From positions 558,001-622,000 of the forward strand of contig OW569348.1 of NCBI GenBank assembly GCA_937625935.1: a DNA stretch of 64,000 bases, written 5' to 3'. Positions 11,510-22,183 of this stretch are shown here, piece by piece; within the stretch, counting starts at the first letter, position 1; each line of letters opens with the position of its first letter. The stretch is from Tetramitus jugosus (lineage: Eukaryota > Protista > Heterolobosea). The position numbers and the translations under genes are program-made. The notes under the pieces are model-generated. The model was not told the origin of the DNA, made no database searches, and was given only the letters and a program-made list of their open reading frames with translations.

Positions 11510-13381
11510 ATGAAGCTCCCGGCACTCAAGTTGCCTCAGTCAAACTCGAACAACAAACTCTTCAAAAAACAATCGACGACAACAACCGCAGAAAAATCAG
11601 AGATTGACCCCTACACTCTCTACTACCTACACTCTCATCATCATCATGTGGATCCATCCACGATAGACAACCATAACGACAATATTGGAGCAGGAGATGA
11701 TGATGATGATCAAGATAATAATATAGAGGATGATGCTCAACACTTGCCTTATCCATCTCGAACGAGAGCACTCACTTCTACTCCTTGTTCACCTGATGAT
11801 AATGATGATAACAATGATAATCAGATGAAGAATGATAATCAACAAACTTTGAGCAATAATAATAACAACAGGTCAAATGATGATGATGATGAAGATGGAA
11901 TGAAAAAGTTGATTCAGAGTCATTATCACGTGTCTCCAGAATGGACAAGCAATGGTCAATCCATGTCCATTCGTTCATTGACTCTCTCTGTTGATTTGAA
12001 CGATTTTGTTGTTGATGATTACTTTGATACAGATACCACATCAGATGCAACAACAACAATTGCTAAAACGGCAACAGAAACAACAGAAACGATTGTGAAG
12101 AATCAAAAGATGGAAAAAGAAACATCATCATCATCTGTGATTGTATCACTCATGTATTCTGAACCGTTGCTCATTCAATTAATGAATGAGTCGGAGGAAG
12201 TCATGTCCACGATTCGTGCATCCAAAAAGAAGATGACAACTTTGTCTCAGTTGGTTCATTCGAGGCGATGGATTCAATCTCTTGCTTCTTATTCTTCTAA
12301 TGAAACAGCGACAACAAGTGGTAGTAGTAGTAGTAGTAGTACTGCTGCTCTGCCAAGGAAAGATGATTTGTTAAAGTCGAGAGAGTTCACATGTATTGTA
12401 TGGCAACAATTGAGTGAGTTGCACCAGTTGGTTCATGATTTACCACCGAATTGTTATCAATTGTTTCTGAAGAAGAAGTTAAAGTTTCATTTGCATCAGA
12501 GTATGAACACCCCGACTACTCCTACTACGACAAATGAAGATGCGAATAACGATACATGTGATGCGATGAATGATAATCGCAACAGCAGAGAGGGTATCGT
12601 AGGAATTGAAGAAAATGGAGAAACGATATTTGCTCATGATTCCATCAATCAAATCTTGGCCGATGTGCCAAGAAGTAAATTAGGAACGGGATTTGTGGAT
12701 GAGTATGAAGCAGCGTTGACCGGTGATCAAGTACTGATTGAGCGAACCAAACTGTTTAACGTACTGTACAGTGTGTGCATGTTTTATCCCACTATTGGTT
12801 ATTGTCAGGGAATGAGCTACATTTGTACAATGTTGTTGCGAGTGATGGATCAGTCGGAAGAGCTCACATTCTTCATGATGCTCAATCTGATTGACAAGTA
12901 TGATCTGAGGGCGCTATTTGTTCCCTCGTTTCCACTGTTGAAGAAGATTCAGTTTGTGTTTGAGTCACTGATGCTCAAGAGACATTCGAAGCTGTGGAAT
13001 CACTTGAGTAACATGGGTGTATCGAGTGAGTTGTTCATTCCAAAGTGGATATTGCCCATGTTTTGCCTAGATTTCCCTCAGGACTTTGTTTTGAGAGTGT
13101 GGGACTGTTTCCTGTTGGACGGGTGGAAGTCCATTTATCAAGTCTTGTGCTCCATCCTTGTTCATAATCAGTCAACACTCTTCGGTTGTAAGGATCCTGC
13201 CAAAATCATTTTTGTGTTGCAGGAGCTGCCACTATCCTTAACGCGAACAGAAGACCAATGTAAAGTATTCGAGGCTTGTCCAAAGATGTTCAAGGATCGG
13301 GATCTGACAAGTGCGTTGAGCAAGTATGACAAGATGTTCCAACAGAAGCGCAGATCCAAAGTTCGGTCTCTGCTCATGTAA
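11510..13381 (+). CDS. TBC-domain Rab GTPase-activating protein
   Basis: IxxDxxR (ILADVPR) and YCQGM catalytic fingers plus LRVWDCFLLDG. Low-complexity N-terminus. Confidence 0.9.
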   Translation: MKLPALKLPQSNSNNKLFKKQSTTTTAEKSEIDPYTLYYLHSHHHHVDPSTIDNHNDNIGAGDDDDDQDNNIEDDAQHLPYPSRTRALTSTPCSPDDNDDNNDNQMKNDNQQTLSNNNNNRSNDDDDEDGMKKLIQSHYHVSPEWTSNGQSMSIRSLTLSVDLNDFVVDDYFDTDTTSDATTTIAKTATETTETIVKNQKMEKETSSSSVIVSLMYSEPLLIQLMNESEEVMSTIRASKKKMTTLSQLVHSRRWIQSLASYSSNETATTSGSSSSSSTAALPRKDDLLKSREFTCIVWQQLSELHQLVHDLPPNCYQLFLKKKLKFHLHQSMNTPTTPTTTNEDANNDTCDAMNDNRNSREGIVGIEENGETIFAHDSINQILADVPRSKLGTGFVDEYEAALTGDQVLIERTKLFNVLYSVCMFYPTIGYCQGMSYICTMLLRVMDQSEELTFFMMLNLIDKYDLRALFVPSFPLLKKIQFVFESLMLKRHSKLWNHLSNMGVSSELFIPKWILPMFCLDFPQDFVLRVWDCFLLDGWKSIYQVLCSILVHNQSTLFGCKDPAKIIFVLQELPLSLTRTEDQCKVFEACPKMFKDRDLTSALSKYDKMFQQKRRSKVRSLLM

Positions 13382-13392
13382 ATTTTAATAAC

Positions 13393-14835
13393 TTATTCAT
13401 TTATTGTCTCTCGTTGTTGTTCGTGTCCTTGAAGTATCTCCTTTATGTTGCGTATGAAGTGAATAGCGAACAAAAGTTCGGAATTGGACCAGATGGCAGT
13501 CGAATGCATCATGTCACTGATCGCGAACAACGTCTTCTGTTGATCTTCACTCGTCACAGCTCTATCTCGCAACATTTCTTGAAAATGATTGTTCATGAAC
13601 CGTTGTATCTGCTCATTCGTATTTATCCATGTGCATCCATAGGATTCACATGCCTTCAACAGTCCAAACAATATTGCGTTGTCGCCCGTGTAACAATTGA
13701 AGAAATAATTGGTGTTTGGAGATACGTACACCATGCGCTTTTCTGTTCCCGACTTGTCACTGATCCACCTTGTATCCAGTGTCTTCAAGTCATATGTCTC
13801 GGGCTTTGGCTCACCATAGAGCAATCCATTATGATCATTCATAAACTGGGAAAAGAAATTCTCAACACCCTCTTGTATCACGGAGTTGTTGTTGATAATA
13901 TCATCATCATTGGATGATGAGATGAGCAATGCCAAATATACCCACACGTCTTGCCACAGGAATCTACAATTTGGTTTCTTGTCCTTCTTGTCCATGTCAA
14001 TGTATGACTTGATGTTCGACACGTGACCAAAGCCAAACTCCTCCAACAATATTCTTCGCAACTCACTCTTGATATGATCATAGGAATCAGATGTTGACAA
14101 CAAAAGTGTAATTCCCTTTGATTCCATCACTACCACAGCAATCAACAATAGAGCATGATCCACAGCTCTAAAATACGACTCCACACGAACATGATCACCA
14201 CCAACATGATCATGTTGTGGTACATGACGAATCTTTGTCACATACATTTTGTGTTGTTGGTGATAAAACAGCTCATGAATCTCTCTAAATTGTTCACTTG
14301 GACTGTTCATTGAACGAACATCATTTTCTTTCTTATTGTTGTTACTGCAAGAAGGATACAGCACAATAGTGTTCATCAACAGTGCAATCACCTGACTCAC
14401 TAGCTTATACACGTGATCTCGATGCTCTGTTCGATGATAGAGCTGAAGCAAATGAGCATTGGATGCTGCATTCTCATGACTCCACCACTCTGTTTCAGTT
14501 CTCTGATGAAACATGTGTGTAATTGGGTCATAGTTCAATCGTATGACACTGTTCACTACTTTTGACATGGCATTCTTGATCTCTTGTTGTAGTTCTTGTT
14601 GTTGTTCATCATTCTTATGGTGAAGGTGATAGTAGTAGTTGATGGCCATGAGACAATTGTGCCACACTCCTTCATTGTGAAGACCAGATGGTTCATGATA
14701 AAAGTTGAGAACGAGATCCAACAACTCATGATGATTACAGTTGTTGTTGTTGTTGTTGTTAGATGATGGATAAGTGGCCCAGATGCCTTTGATGATTTGG
14801 GAAGAGAGTCGATTCAAATGGTCATTGGAAGTCAT
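13393..14835 (-). CDS. Hypothetical protein (~480 aa)
   Basis: Long uninterrupted ORF with N/H/Q tracts like neighbouring genes. First ATG at 14835. No family recognised with confidence. Confidence 0.7.
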   Translation of the reverse strand: MTSNDHLNRLSSQIIKGIWATYPSSNNNNNNNCNHHELLDLVLNFYHEPSGLHNEGVWHNCLMAINYYYHLHHKNDEQQQELQQEIKNAMSKVVNSVIRLNYDPITHMFHQRTETEWWSHENAASNAHLLQLYHRTEHRDHVYKLVSQVIALLMNTIVLYPSCSNNNKKENDVRSMNSPSEQFREIHELFYHQQHKMYVTKIRHVPQHDHVGGDHVRVESYFRAVDHALLLIAVVVMESKGITLLLSTSDSYDHIKSELRRILLEEFGFGHVSNIKSYIDMDKKDKKPNCRFLWQDVWVYLALLISSSNDDDIINNNSVIQEGVENFFSQFMNDHNGLLYGEPKPETYDLKTLDTRWISDKSGTEKRMVYVSPNTNYFFNCYTGDNAILFGLLKACESYGCTWINTNEQIQRFMNNHFQEMLRDRAVTSEDQQKTLFAISDMMHSTAIWSNSELLFAIHFIRNIKEILQGHEQQRETINE

Positions 14836-15009
14836 TCTTGTTTGGGTCCAGAGCTTTCTTTGATCTACCAAGGATTGGTTTTGTGTGAAATCGCGGACCA
14901 GAAAATCCGTCGATTTGTTTACCCCATAGAGGGACTTTCAAGAGTCTTTTCGTGTCAATCTTTCATAAAACGACTAGTTCAACTGCAGGAATCTACAGGA
15001 TGATTAGAT

Positions 15010-18000
15010 TTATTGATTGTTTGGAGAGACAGGTGAGTCTCTTACTTCGTCCTCCAATGGAGGAGGTGGGGGTGGAGGGGTGGAAGGTGGAGATTCCACA
15101 TGTACGTACTGTGGTTCTTCAACTGGTGGTTGAACAAATGGTTGAGTATCCACATGTTGACTCAAATCTGGTGAGGATACAAACGATGACGTTCTGAAGG
15201 AGCCTGTTCGACTCAAGAGACCAAATGCAGTATTGTCGACCATGCGTTGGAATATTTCTGCATTCTCGCCAGTCAGAGCCAACTCGAGTGATTGGATCCA
15301 GACCATCTTCATCATTTGCTCTCTTGAGAATGTAAGTTTGGTGTTCGTTACTCCATTGAAGAACTTGTCAGAATTGGAGGATTGTGCTGCTACCGATTGC
15401 TCAAAGCCTCGAATAGGGGCTAAAAAGTTGAATGTGGATAACACTTGCTCTTGTTGCCAGTGTTTACTCTTGTCTTGATTCATTTCATTCAACAGGTAGT
15501 TGAGAGCTGTGTGGGCACTAGCTGAGAGAATCTTGTTTTTGTGAATTGATGTCTCTCTTAAGTTGTATGACAGTTGAACGCAATCATCGGCAGTCCATAC
15601 TTCGGCAGAGTAGAGCGATGGCAATAGATTGGATAAGAGGTGCATTGAGGGCACAGACCATCCTTCTGGTCCATGAATCATGATACTGATCAATAGACTT
15701 GTAATAAAACTACCGTTCTTGCTACTGAAAACGCTGACAAAGACCTTTGAGAAGGTTTGAGAGAAAGTGTCGAGTTTCAAACGATACTCGTCCGTAGATT
15801 GATCAATCGCACCGCTAGAATATAGGGAAGGTGCAAATCGGTCAATACTTTGCTTAAATACTTCGAGGAATCGCTGCAAGCCCTTGTTTCCTTGCGTAAT
15901 AACTGAGAGAATCTTGTCTCTTCGAGAAACACGACCACAGCAAACCAGCATATAGTAACAAAGTACAACAACAGCACTGAACATGTTATCCTGAGGCAGA
16001 GTATCTAATGAAGCAAAGGATTCAAGCATTTCCAACGTACTATCGTACGTCTTGTATGAGAATAATCCCTTTGTCAATGCCTTCGAGATAGTTGCATCCA
16101 TTGACTCGAATTCTGCTGGCCAGTGATTGATTGGCAGGATACGGGTTGGATGGGTTGACAGTTGGCGAAGTTTGAGTATCATTCGGAGAGCGCAAGCAAA
16201 ATGGTCGATGTTCCAAGAGTGAATCAATGTAATGGAGATCTTGAACAGGAGACAGTTGACATCATTTCTCGCACAAACTTCATCTGGTATCTTTTCCAAA
16301 ATATTGAATATGATTTGAATTTTGTGTTGATTCTTCGTCCTGATAGCATCGAACAAACACAAGCTAAGAGTTTCAACGATCGAACTGTCAAATTGAGTAT
16401 TCAAGTGATAAAACAGATGGAAACTTTCCAACGATGTCTGAATATCTCTTGCCTGTATAGCGGATATCAAGGCAACACTTGCTGTTTTCTGTGCTAGTCC
16501 AGGACAGTGTGAAATCTCGAAAAAGCGAACATAGTTTCTAATGAATTCGCCATCACGTGAATACTTCAAATCCAACTTAGTGTCTTGTGAACTGTTGTTC
16601 CTGAAGGTCGATTTCATAAATTCCAACGCAGAAGACAAGTGAGTATCTGAGACTCTTCGACGAATAACCAAGTTCTGGAATAGGTTCTCCAGAAGGATAG
16701 TTGCTTCCTTTCTTGGATTTAAACGAGTTGAGTGGAAATCTACAATAGCTTGCACCAATAGAACTGGTAAATGAGGTATAAAGTCTAGAGCGTGCTCATA
16801 GGCCAGCTGTGACAAAATTTGGAGTGCATTTGATTCAGCGACACATAACTCCCTTACGTCCGTATTCATTTGATTATTCAGTTGCCATAGAGTAAATTCT
16901 AACTTGTTATGAGGATACACCAATTCATAATTCTTCAGATGTGACATTAGTTGCTGTATGATAGATGCAGTGCTATTGACATCTCTGGCACACCAGAATA
17001 AGATGTTTCGAAGCATTTGTTGTAATACTGCTGAAGAATTCGCAGAGGATCCCAGCTCCGCTATAATCATATCGACCACAGTCTTCGACACTGATGTACA
17101 TGTTTCCCTTGAACGCATCAGCTGATACCAAATACGCTCCAAGTACAATTGGAAACTTGTCGTTTGTGTTCGAAGCAACTGTTGAGAACAATCACCGTTT
17201 GGACTTGCTTGAGAAACAGATGTTCTACTCGCTTTTCTCGTTGAACTTCGATTGGTTTTGCGTGCTTCGTTCTCATAGGCATACTCGGTCAACTTCTTCG
17301 TAATATTAAATATAGATCGATGAATTTGTTGTGGAGGAGAGTAGACCACACGTTTTCCGTGACTGATGGATTGCTGAAGTAATTGACCATAATTATAGGC
17401 CCAAGGCTCTAAGATGCGCAAGGTAATCTCTCTGTTGTAATCGTTCAAGTCCAGTACAACTCTCTCAGCTTCAGCAAATATCTCAACTGTTAGTTTGATA
17501 TCCTTGGAGGCACAGTACGCTGACAGATCTAGTATGCTTGGAATACAAGCATTTTCATCCTCTGACGAATGGAAAAGAAGATAGCATCCATAATCTAAAT
17601 CATTGTTCTCCGCATCGCATATCGACTGAATCAAATCCAACGCAGCAGAACGTAAAGGAGCATTGTTGCTGGCACATGCGTTCGTTAGACCAAGGAATAG
17701 ACAAGCTCCGATGTTTGTTTGCCATTTATCCTTATCTTGCACACAGTACACAAACAAACTCTTCATTACCTGTGCTATGGCTTGCATGTAGTGAACACAA
17801 ATATCATGAATCGCTTCTAATTTCATATCATCATCTTCTATCTCCTTATAGAGATTGTCAGTGTCAGGTGCGTCCTTCTTGGTGAACACACTGAATGAAT
17901 TAGTCGATTGATGAGGGCTTGTTGTTCTCAGTTGTTGGAATCGCTTTGCCTTGGCCTGCTGGAAATCAGAAGACTTGAACGTCTTCAACAATAACTCTGC

Positions 18001-21000
18001 CCTTGTATTCATTACGAATAATTTGAATAATTGCGGATTCAGCTCAAGCAGTGTGGCCATTCCATTGGTGATCAATGCTTTATCAACCTTGTAATAGCTG
18101 ATGACCGTGTGGAAATACTCTAATATTTCGGTCATCAACTCTGTGCTTTGAACTTCAGAGAATTGCAGAATTGATGTGAGAGCATTGATGGCAACAGAAT
18201 CAATGGTAGCTATAGGATTGTTCAGTGAAACGAAATCAAATACAGATTTTGTTAACGTGGCAGCTCCTGATTTTAGCATTAGAGGGCTATTACTATTATA
18301 GTGTTCATCGAGTGTTCCTCCGTATAGTCGAATAGCTGCCATACAAAGCTTGTAGAGATGATTGAAGTAATGTTGGATAATATTCGAGGCTTGTTTCCAC
18401 ATATCAGCATTCATAGTACTCGCTGGAATATCATTTGCTTGCAGCTCTCCAGTTGTCCAGTTGACAATCAATTGCTCGTAATACGATAAAACGGTTTGGT
18501 CATCATTCTGGAATAGGTACTCTGTAGAAATTGATTCACCACGAGAAATATAAGTCTCTAACAATTCTAAAATATTGCTCTCGAATATCAAGTCTGATGA
18601 TTCGACTCTTTCCTTCTTCTTTTCCTTGATAACAATTCTTGGAGCGCCTACAGATCTGATTTGCTCAAATACAACATGTAAATTGCTTTCGGGAACACAA
18701 GCCAGTACTTGCAACACGATAAAGTGGAGTCGCTCATGCAACGCCTTGTTCTTACTTGCGAGTAATTGGATAAGATCGCGAACAAAGACAGCTGCTGATT
18801 CCTTCTTACCAGATCGAATTGCTTTGCACATAAACTTTGTCAAATTCATCATAAGAACAATTTCCTTATTCGTAATGATGCCTCCTCGAATAATAGGGGC
18901 GTTCCAAATCTTAAGAGTCTCGTGCCATGCAAACACCAAGCTTGCGTTGTCTGATAGTTTGAAAAATACTGATAGGGAATTCCAAATCGAGTCTATATCA
19001 CAAGAGAATTGCTTGGATAATGGACCAACCATAGATACATCTCTTTCCTGCACTTCTTCACATCGTTCAAGCTTCAACAAATCATCAAAGATATAAGTTG
19101 CACAAAGATCATTCATACACATTCTGACGTTCTCTCGAGCCAGAGTAGAGAACAGCTGAGTAGCTTTGACTCGTACTGCAGAGTTCGGATGAACAATCCA
19201 TATTAAACATAATCCCTCCAGTCTTTGCCTGATACTTCTATAATCTTCAGGTGCAAGTTTCAGACCTTGTTCCGTGCAGCAAGTGACAAATATTTCAATG
19301 CAGGAACACAAGTCATTCAACAATCGAACTGCGTCATCAGCTGGAATCTCATTCACTCTCAACAGCACTTTAAGGTAGGTCTCTAACACATCAGTGAAGC
19401 TCACAAGAGGGTCTATCTGTACATTCATGTTCAAGGATGTGGACGCTGCGATTGAAATGGGTAAATCAGGTGAGAGCAAAAAGGTGCCAATGACTTTTCG
19501 CGCTTGTTTCATCAAGTCCTCAGATGGAGCTCTAATTCTTGGTAGGCAGGATATTGTTGGCAGAACAATCTTGTTGTTCTTCATGAGTGATTCATCCTGT
19601 AGGCAATCATTCAACAGAATACCCAATGTGACATCATATGGCGCTAATTGTTGCAAAGGTGTGAATTGTACAATTTTTGATAGTGCATTCAGCACAATGA
19701 TGCGCTTCTCAGTACTAGGCTGAGAGCGCAACACCTCTTCAATAAACTTACAGCTCGCTGGCAAGTTGGTTCTGGCGTACTCAACGAGAAATTGTTCAAT
19801 TGTGGCGTGTTCCTCCTCGCCCAGAACATTCTTCTTGTTGAAAAGAATGCTGTGTGCTCCATTGACACAATTAGAGATCTTGACTACTTCCTTTTGTAGA
19901 ATCTTTGATGGAGAGTATTGCAAATATTGAACAAAGTATTGGAAAATAGGGCATCGCTCCTTCTTCTCCTTGAGTGAAGCTGTCATGTTCTTCAAGGCGG
20001 CATCCAACATTTCTGAACCACTCTTCAAGTATAAATCCTCTGGTAGCACACTGATAATGCAGAACATGGTACCTGTGCAAATGACTCGATGCTTTGACTT
20101 TGACTTGATAATCTTTTGCATCAGATCAAACAATTGTACCAACAGAGAGCACAACTTGCGCTCTTCGTCGGCACTAAACTGTTGGAATTGTTGATACTCA
20201 AATTTTCTAATGTTGATGCGATCGATTTGTTGTTGAGGCACAGTTGAGCTAAAGAATTGTAATGCATTGGGAGAGAAGGACCTACTGATCTCGGAGCTTG
20301 GTGTCGCAGGCGAAACAGGTGTTCCACTCTGACTGTTGCTCGCTCCCCAGTTATTGAAAGAGAGAATGTCAATTAGAATCTTGTTGATTCCACTGCAGAG
20401 TTCCGGATAGAGTGAAGTTGTTCCCTTGGTCACCTGAGGGATCTTTGTCGCCAGTGCCTCCAATAGCTTCATGACTCTACTCGATGCCTTTCCCAACGAA
20501 TACAGCAGAACCTTTAACACTTGAGAATAGATTGCCATTTCCTTTGCTTCTGCGTCCTTCTTTGGATTCATGGCATCAAATCGCTTCATATAATAGTTTA
20601 GAATCGGCTCTAGAAACACTTGACTCATGGAACCGAGCAGCAATGAAGCCTGATTTCGGATCGCATACGGCGTATCCAACGTAATTCTCGCAAAGCAACT
20701 GTCCAAAATCTCAGTGCAACTCATATCGACAGATGACGATGACGATGATTGTGGAGAACTACAATTCAATGAAACATAATAGTCAAAGCACTGACGCATC
20801 AATTGCAACAGATAGCAGTCGATTGAAGAATCAAACGTCTCATAATCCAACGGTGGTATCTCATTACCCGAAAACTGTTTTTTTCTCTTCTTGATAAACT
20901 GTTGAATGAGTGGATCGTCCAGTGTGACACTAAACTGCTCCAACATTCTTCTCAGTTGACTCATGATGAATCCCATGTTGCCACCATTGAAACACAATAG

Positions 21001-21480
21001 TGTGAGACATTGACCCACCGATCTCATATTCGGTTCAAACAACAACTTGTCATCAAAATGACTCTCCCATTTTTCAATGTGCAATTTGATGGCTTCTTCA
21101 CTCATGGACCAATTGACTTGACCGTGCAACAAGTGATTTCTTGTTTTCAATCTCTTGATAAACTGCTCCTTCAAGTATTGTTTCTCCTCTTGTTTTGCTC
21201 TATGGATGACTCGTAATTGTTCCACGTGTCGAACTGTCATGGCAGAGCTGTTGGTCGTTGTGGAGATGACTGACTCTGACATGACAAGGTACTCCAATTG
21301 GATCAATAGTCCCTGTATCACTGCTTGGCCATTGAGTGCTGTTGCTACTGCTGGTGGTTGTTGTTGTTGGTGTGATGATGATGATGATTGATCATTTGTG
21401 GTGTGAATACTACTACTGCTACTACTGCTGTTGTTGTTGTTAGTGCTATTATTGTTGCTATTATTTCCAATGGGTACCAT
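15010..21480 (-). CDS. Furry/Tao3/MOR2-PAG1-like large helical scaffold (2156 aa)
   Basis: HEAT/ARM-like throughout. Segments ASLLLGSMSQVF, LEGLCLIWIVHPNSAVRVKA and FIPHLPVLLVQAIVDF..ATILLENL resemble conserved Furry blocks. Confidence 0.7.
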   Translation of the reverse strand: MVPIGNNSNNNSTNNNNSSSSSSSIHTTNDQSSSSSHQQQQPPAVATALNGQAVIQGLLIQLEYLVMSESVISTTTNSSAMTVRHVEQLRVIHRAKQEEKQYLKEQFIKRLKTRNHLLHGQVNWSMSEEAIKLHIEKWESHFDDKLLFEPNMRSVGQCLTLLCFNGGNMGFIMSQLRRMLEQFSVTLDDPLIQQFIKKRKKQFSGNEIPPLDYETFDSSIDCYLLQLMRQCFDYYVSLNCSSPQSSSSSSVDMSCTEILDSCFARITLDTPYAIRNQASLLLGSMSQVFLEPILNYYMKRFDAMNPKKDAEAKEMAIYSQVLKVLLYSLGKASSRVMKLLEALATKIPQVTKGTTSLYPELCSGINKILIDILSFNNWGASNSQSGTPVSPATPSSEISRSFSPNALQFFSSTVPQQQIDRINIRKFEYQQFQQFSADEERKLCSLLVQLFDLMQKIIKSKSKHRVICTGTMFCIISVLPEDLYLKSGSEMLDAALKNMTASLKEKKERCPIFQYFVQYLQYSPSKILQKEVVKISNCVNGAHSILFNKKNVLGEEEHATIEQFLVEYARTNLPASCKFIEEVLRSQPSTEKRIIVLNALSKIVQFTPLQQLAPYDVTLGILLNDCLQDESLMKNNKIVLPTISCLPRIRAPSEDLMKQARKVIGTFLLSPDLPISIAASTSLNMNVQIDPLVSFTDVLETYLKVLLRVNEIPADDAVRLLNDLCSCIEIFVTCCTEQGLKLAPEDYRSIRQRLEGLCLIWIVHPNSAVRVKATQLFSTLARENVRMCMNDLCATYIFDDLLKLERCEEVQERDVSMVGPLSKQFSCDIDSIWNSLSVFFKLSDNASLVFAWHETLKIWNAPIIRGGIITNKEIVLMMNLTKFMCKAIRSGKKESAAVFVRDLIQLLASKNKALHERLHFIVLQVLACVPESNLHVVFEQIRSVGAPRIVIKEKKKERVESSDLIFESNILELLETYISRGESISTEYLFQNDDQTVLSYYEQLIVNWTTGELQANDIPASTMNADMWKQASNIIQHYFNHLYKLCMAAIRLYGGTLDEHYNSNSPLMLKSGAATLTKSVFDFVSLNNPIATIDSVAINALTSILQFSEVQSTELMTEILEYFHTVISYYKVDKALITNGMATLLELNPQLFKLFVMNTRAELLLKTFKSSDFQQAKAKRFQQLRTTSPHQSTNSFSVFTKKDAPDTDNLYKEIEDDDMKLEAIHDICVHYMQAIAQVMKSLFVYCVQDKDKWQTNIGACLFLGLTNACASNNAPLRSAALDLIQSICDAENNDLDYGCYLLFHSSEDENACIPSILDLSAYCASKDIKLTVEIFAEAERVVLDLNDYNREITLRILEPWAYNYGQLLQQSISHGKRVVYSPPQQIHRSIFNITKKLTEYAYENEARKTNRSSTRKASRTSVSQASPNGDCSQQLLRTQTTSFQLYLERIWYQLMRSRETCTSVSKTVVDMIIAELGSSANSSAVLQQMLRNILFWCARDVNSTASIIQQLMSHLKNYELVYPHNKLEFTLWQLNNQMNTDVRELCVAESNALQILSQLAYEHALDFIPHLPVLLVQAIVDFHSTRLNPRKEATILLENLFQNLVIRRRVSDTHLSSALEFMKSTFRNNSSQDTKLDLKYSRDGEFIRNYVRFFEISHCPGLAQKTASVALISAIQARDIQTSLESFHLFYHLNTQFDSSIVETLSLCLFDAIRTKNQHKIQIIFNILEKIPDEVCARNDVNCLLFKISITLIHSWNIDHFACALRMILKLRQLSTHPTRILPINHWPAEFESMDATISKALTKGLFSYKTYDSTLEMLESFASLDTLPQDNMFSAVVVLCYYMLVCCGRVSRRDKILSVITQGNKGLQRFLEVFKQSIDRFAPSLYSSGAIDQSTDEYRLKLDTFSQTFSKVFVSVFSSKNGSFITSLLISIMIHGPEGWSVPSMHLLSNLLPSLYSAEVWTADDCVQLSYNLRETSIHKNKILSASAHTALNYLLNEMNQDKSKHWQQEQVLSTFNFLAPIRGFEQSVAAQSSNSDKFFNGVTNTKLTFSREQMMKMVWIQSLELALTGENAEIFQRMVDNTAFGLLSRTGSFRTSSFVSSPDLSQHVDTQPFVQPPVEEPQYVHVESPPSTPPPPPPPLEDEVRDSPVSPNNQ

Positions 21481-21946
21481 TTGTTAGGATGTTGTCACCA
21501 CAGTTAATGTTCGTTGTTGTTGTTATTGTTGTTGATGTCAAAAATGATTGGTCCAGGATGTGAGAACGAACAACAAGACAGAGTTGGTGATGGTTTCTAG
21601 AAGTGTTGATTGTTTGTTTAGGAGAAGCACTCTGGACGATGTGCGATAGCCCCAGAATAGAGAACATTAGACAAGGAAGGAGGATATCATCCACGTCAAA
21701 AATCTCACAGCCTCATCAACTCTCAATAACACGATCGTGACACCAACAAACATCTCCCCGATTGTGAAGCCTATTCCTCCGAGCAAAAAAATATCGGCGA
21801 CAGGCACAAGAAAAATGGACAGACAAAAAATAATAAAAATGAAAACGCGATAAAACATAGCGACATTATACTTGCCAAGACCTGCCACAACCAAAGATTC
21901 GGAGCATCAGGAGCCTCTATTTTAGCGAAATTATTATACTCAATAA

Positions 21947-22029
21947 GCATTGATGCTCGAGCGGTCAAGAGGTTGGACTTGAAATCCAATACCGGAAACG
22001 GTGCGCAGGTTCGAATCCTGTTCAATGCG
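21947..22029 (+). tRNA. tRNA-Ser(UGA)
   Basis: Acceptor stem GCATTGA/TCAATGC with discriminator G. Anticodon arm TTGGA-CTTGAAA-TCCAA, long variable arm ACCG-GAAA-CGGT, T-loop GGTTCGAATCC, downstream TTTT. Confidence 0.96.
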
Positions 22030-22183
22030 AACGTTTTGTCCTTCGCTTCGTTCGGCTCTTCTTATGGTCCACATTCCGTTACTAACTTCCCCTGGCCAAA
22101 CACTTGAGAAAGGTTTCATTTGCATTGGTTCGAAAAGGTTTTATGTAAATAACAAGAGGCTCATGCCGCCACACGGTTGTCTC

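Noticed and set aside
21860-21946. A second retro-insertion upstream of tRNA-Ser
   Set aside because: No poly(A/T) tail, direct repeat or similarity to the 30752-31224 element; the site looks unoccupied.
21947-22029. tRNA as a selenocysteine or UGA-suppressor tRNA
   Set aside because: The anticodon is UGA (reads UCA, Ser), not UCA, and the acceptor stem is a normal 7 bp.
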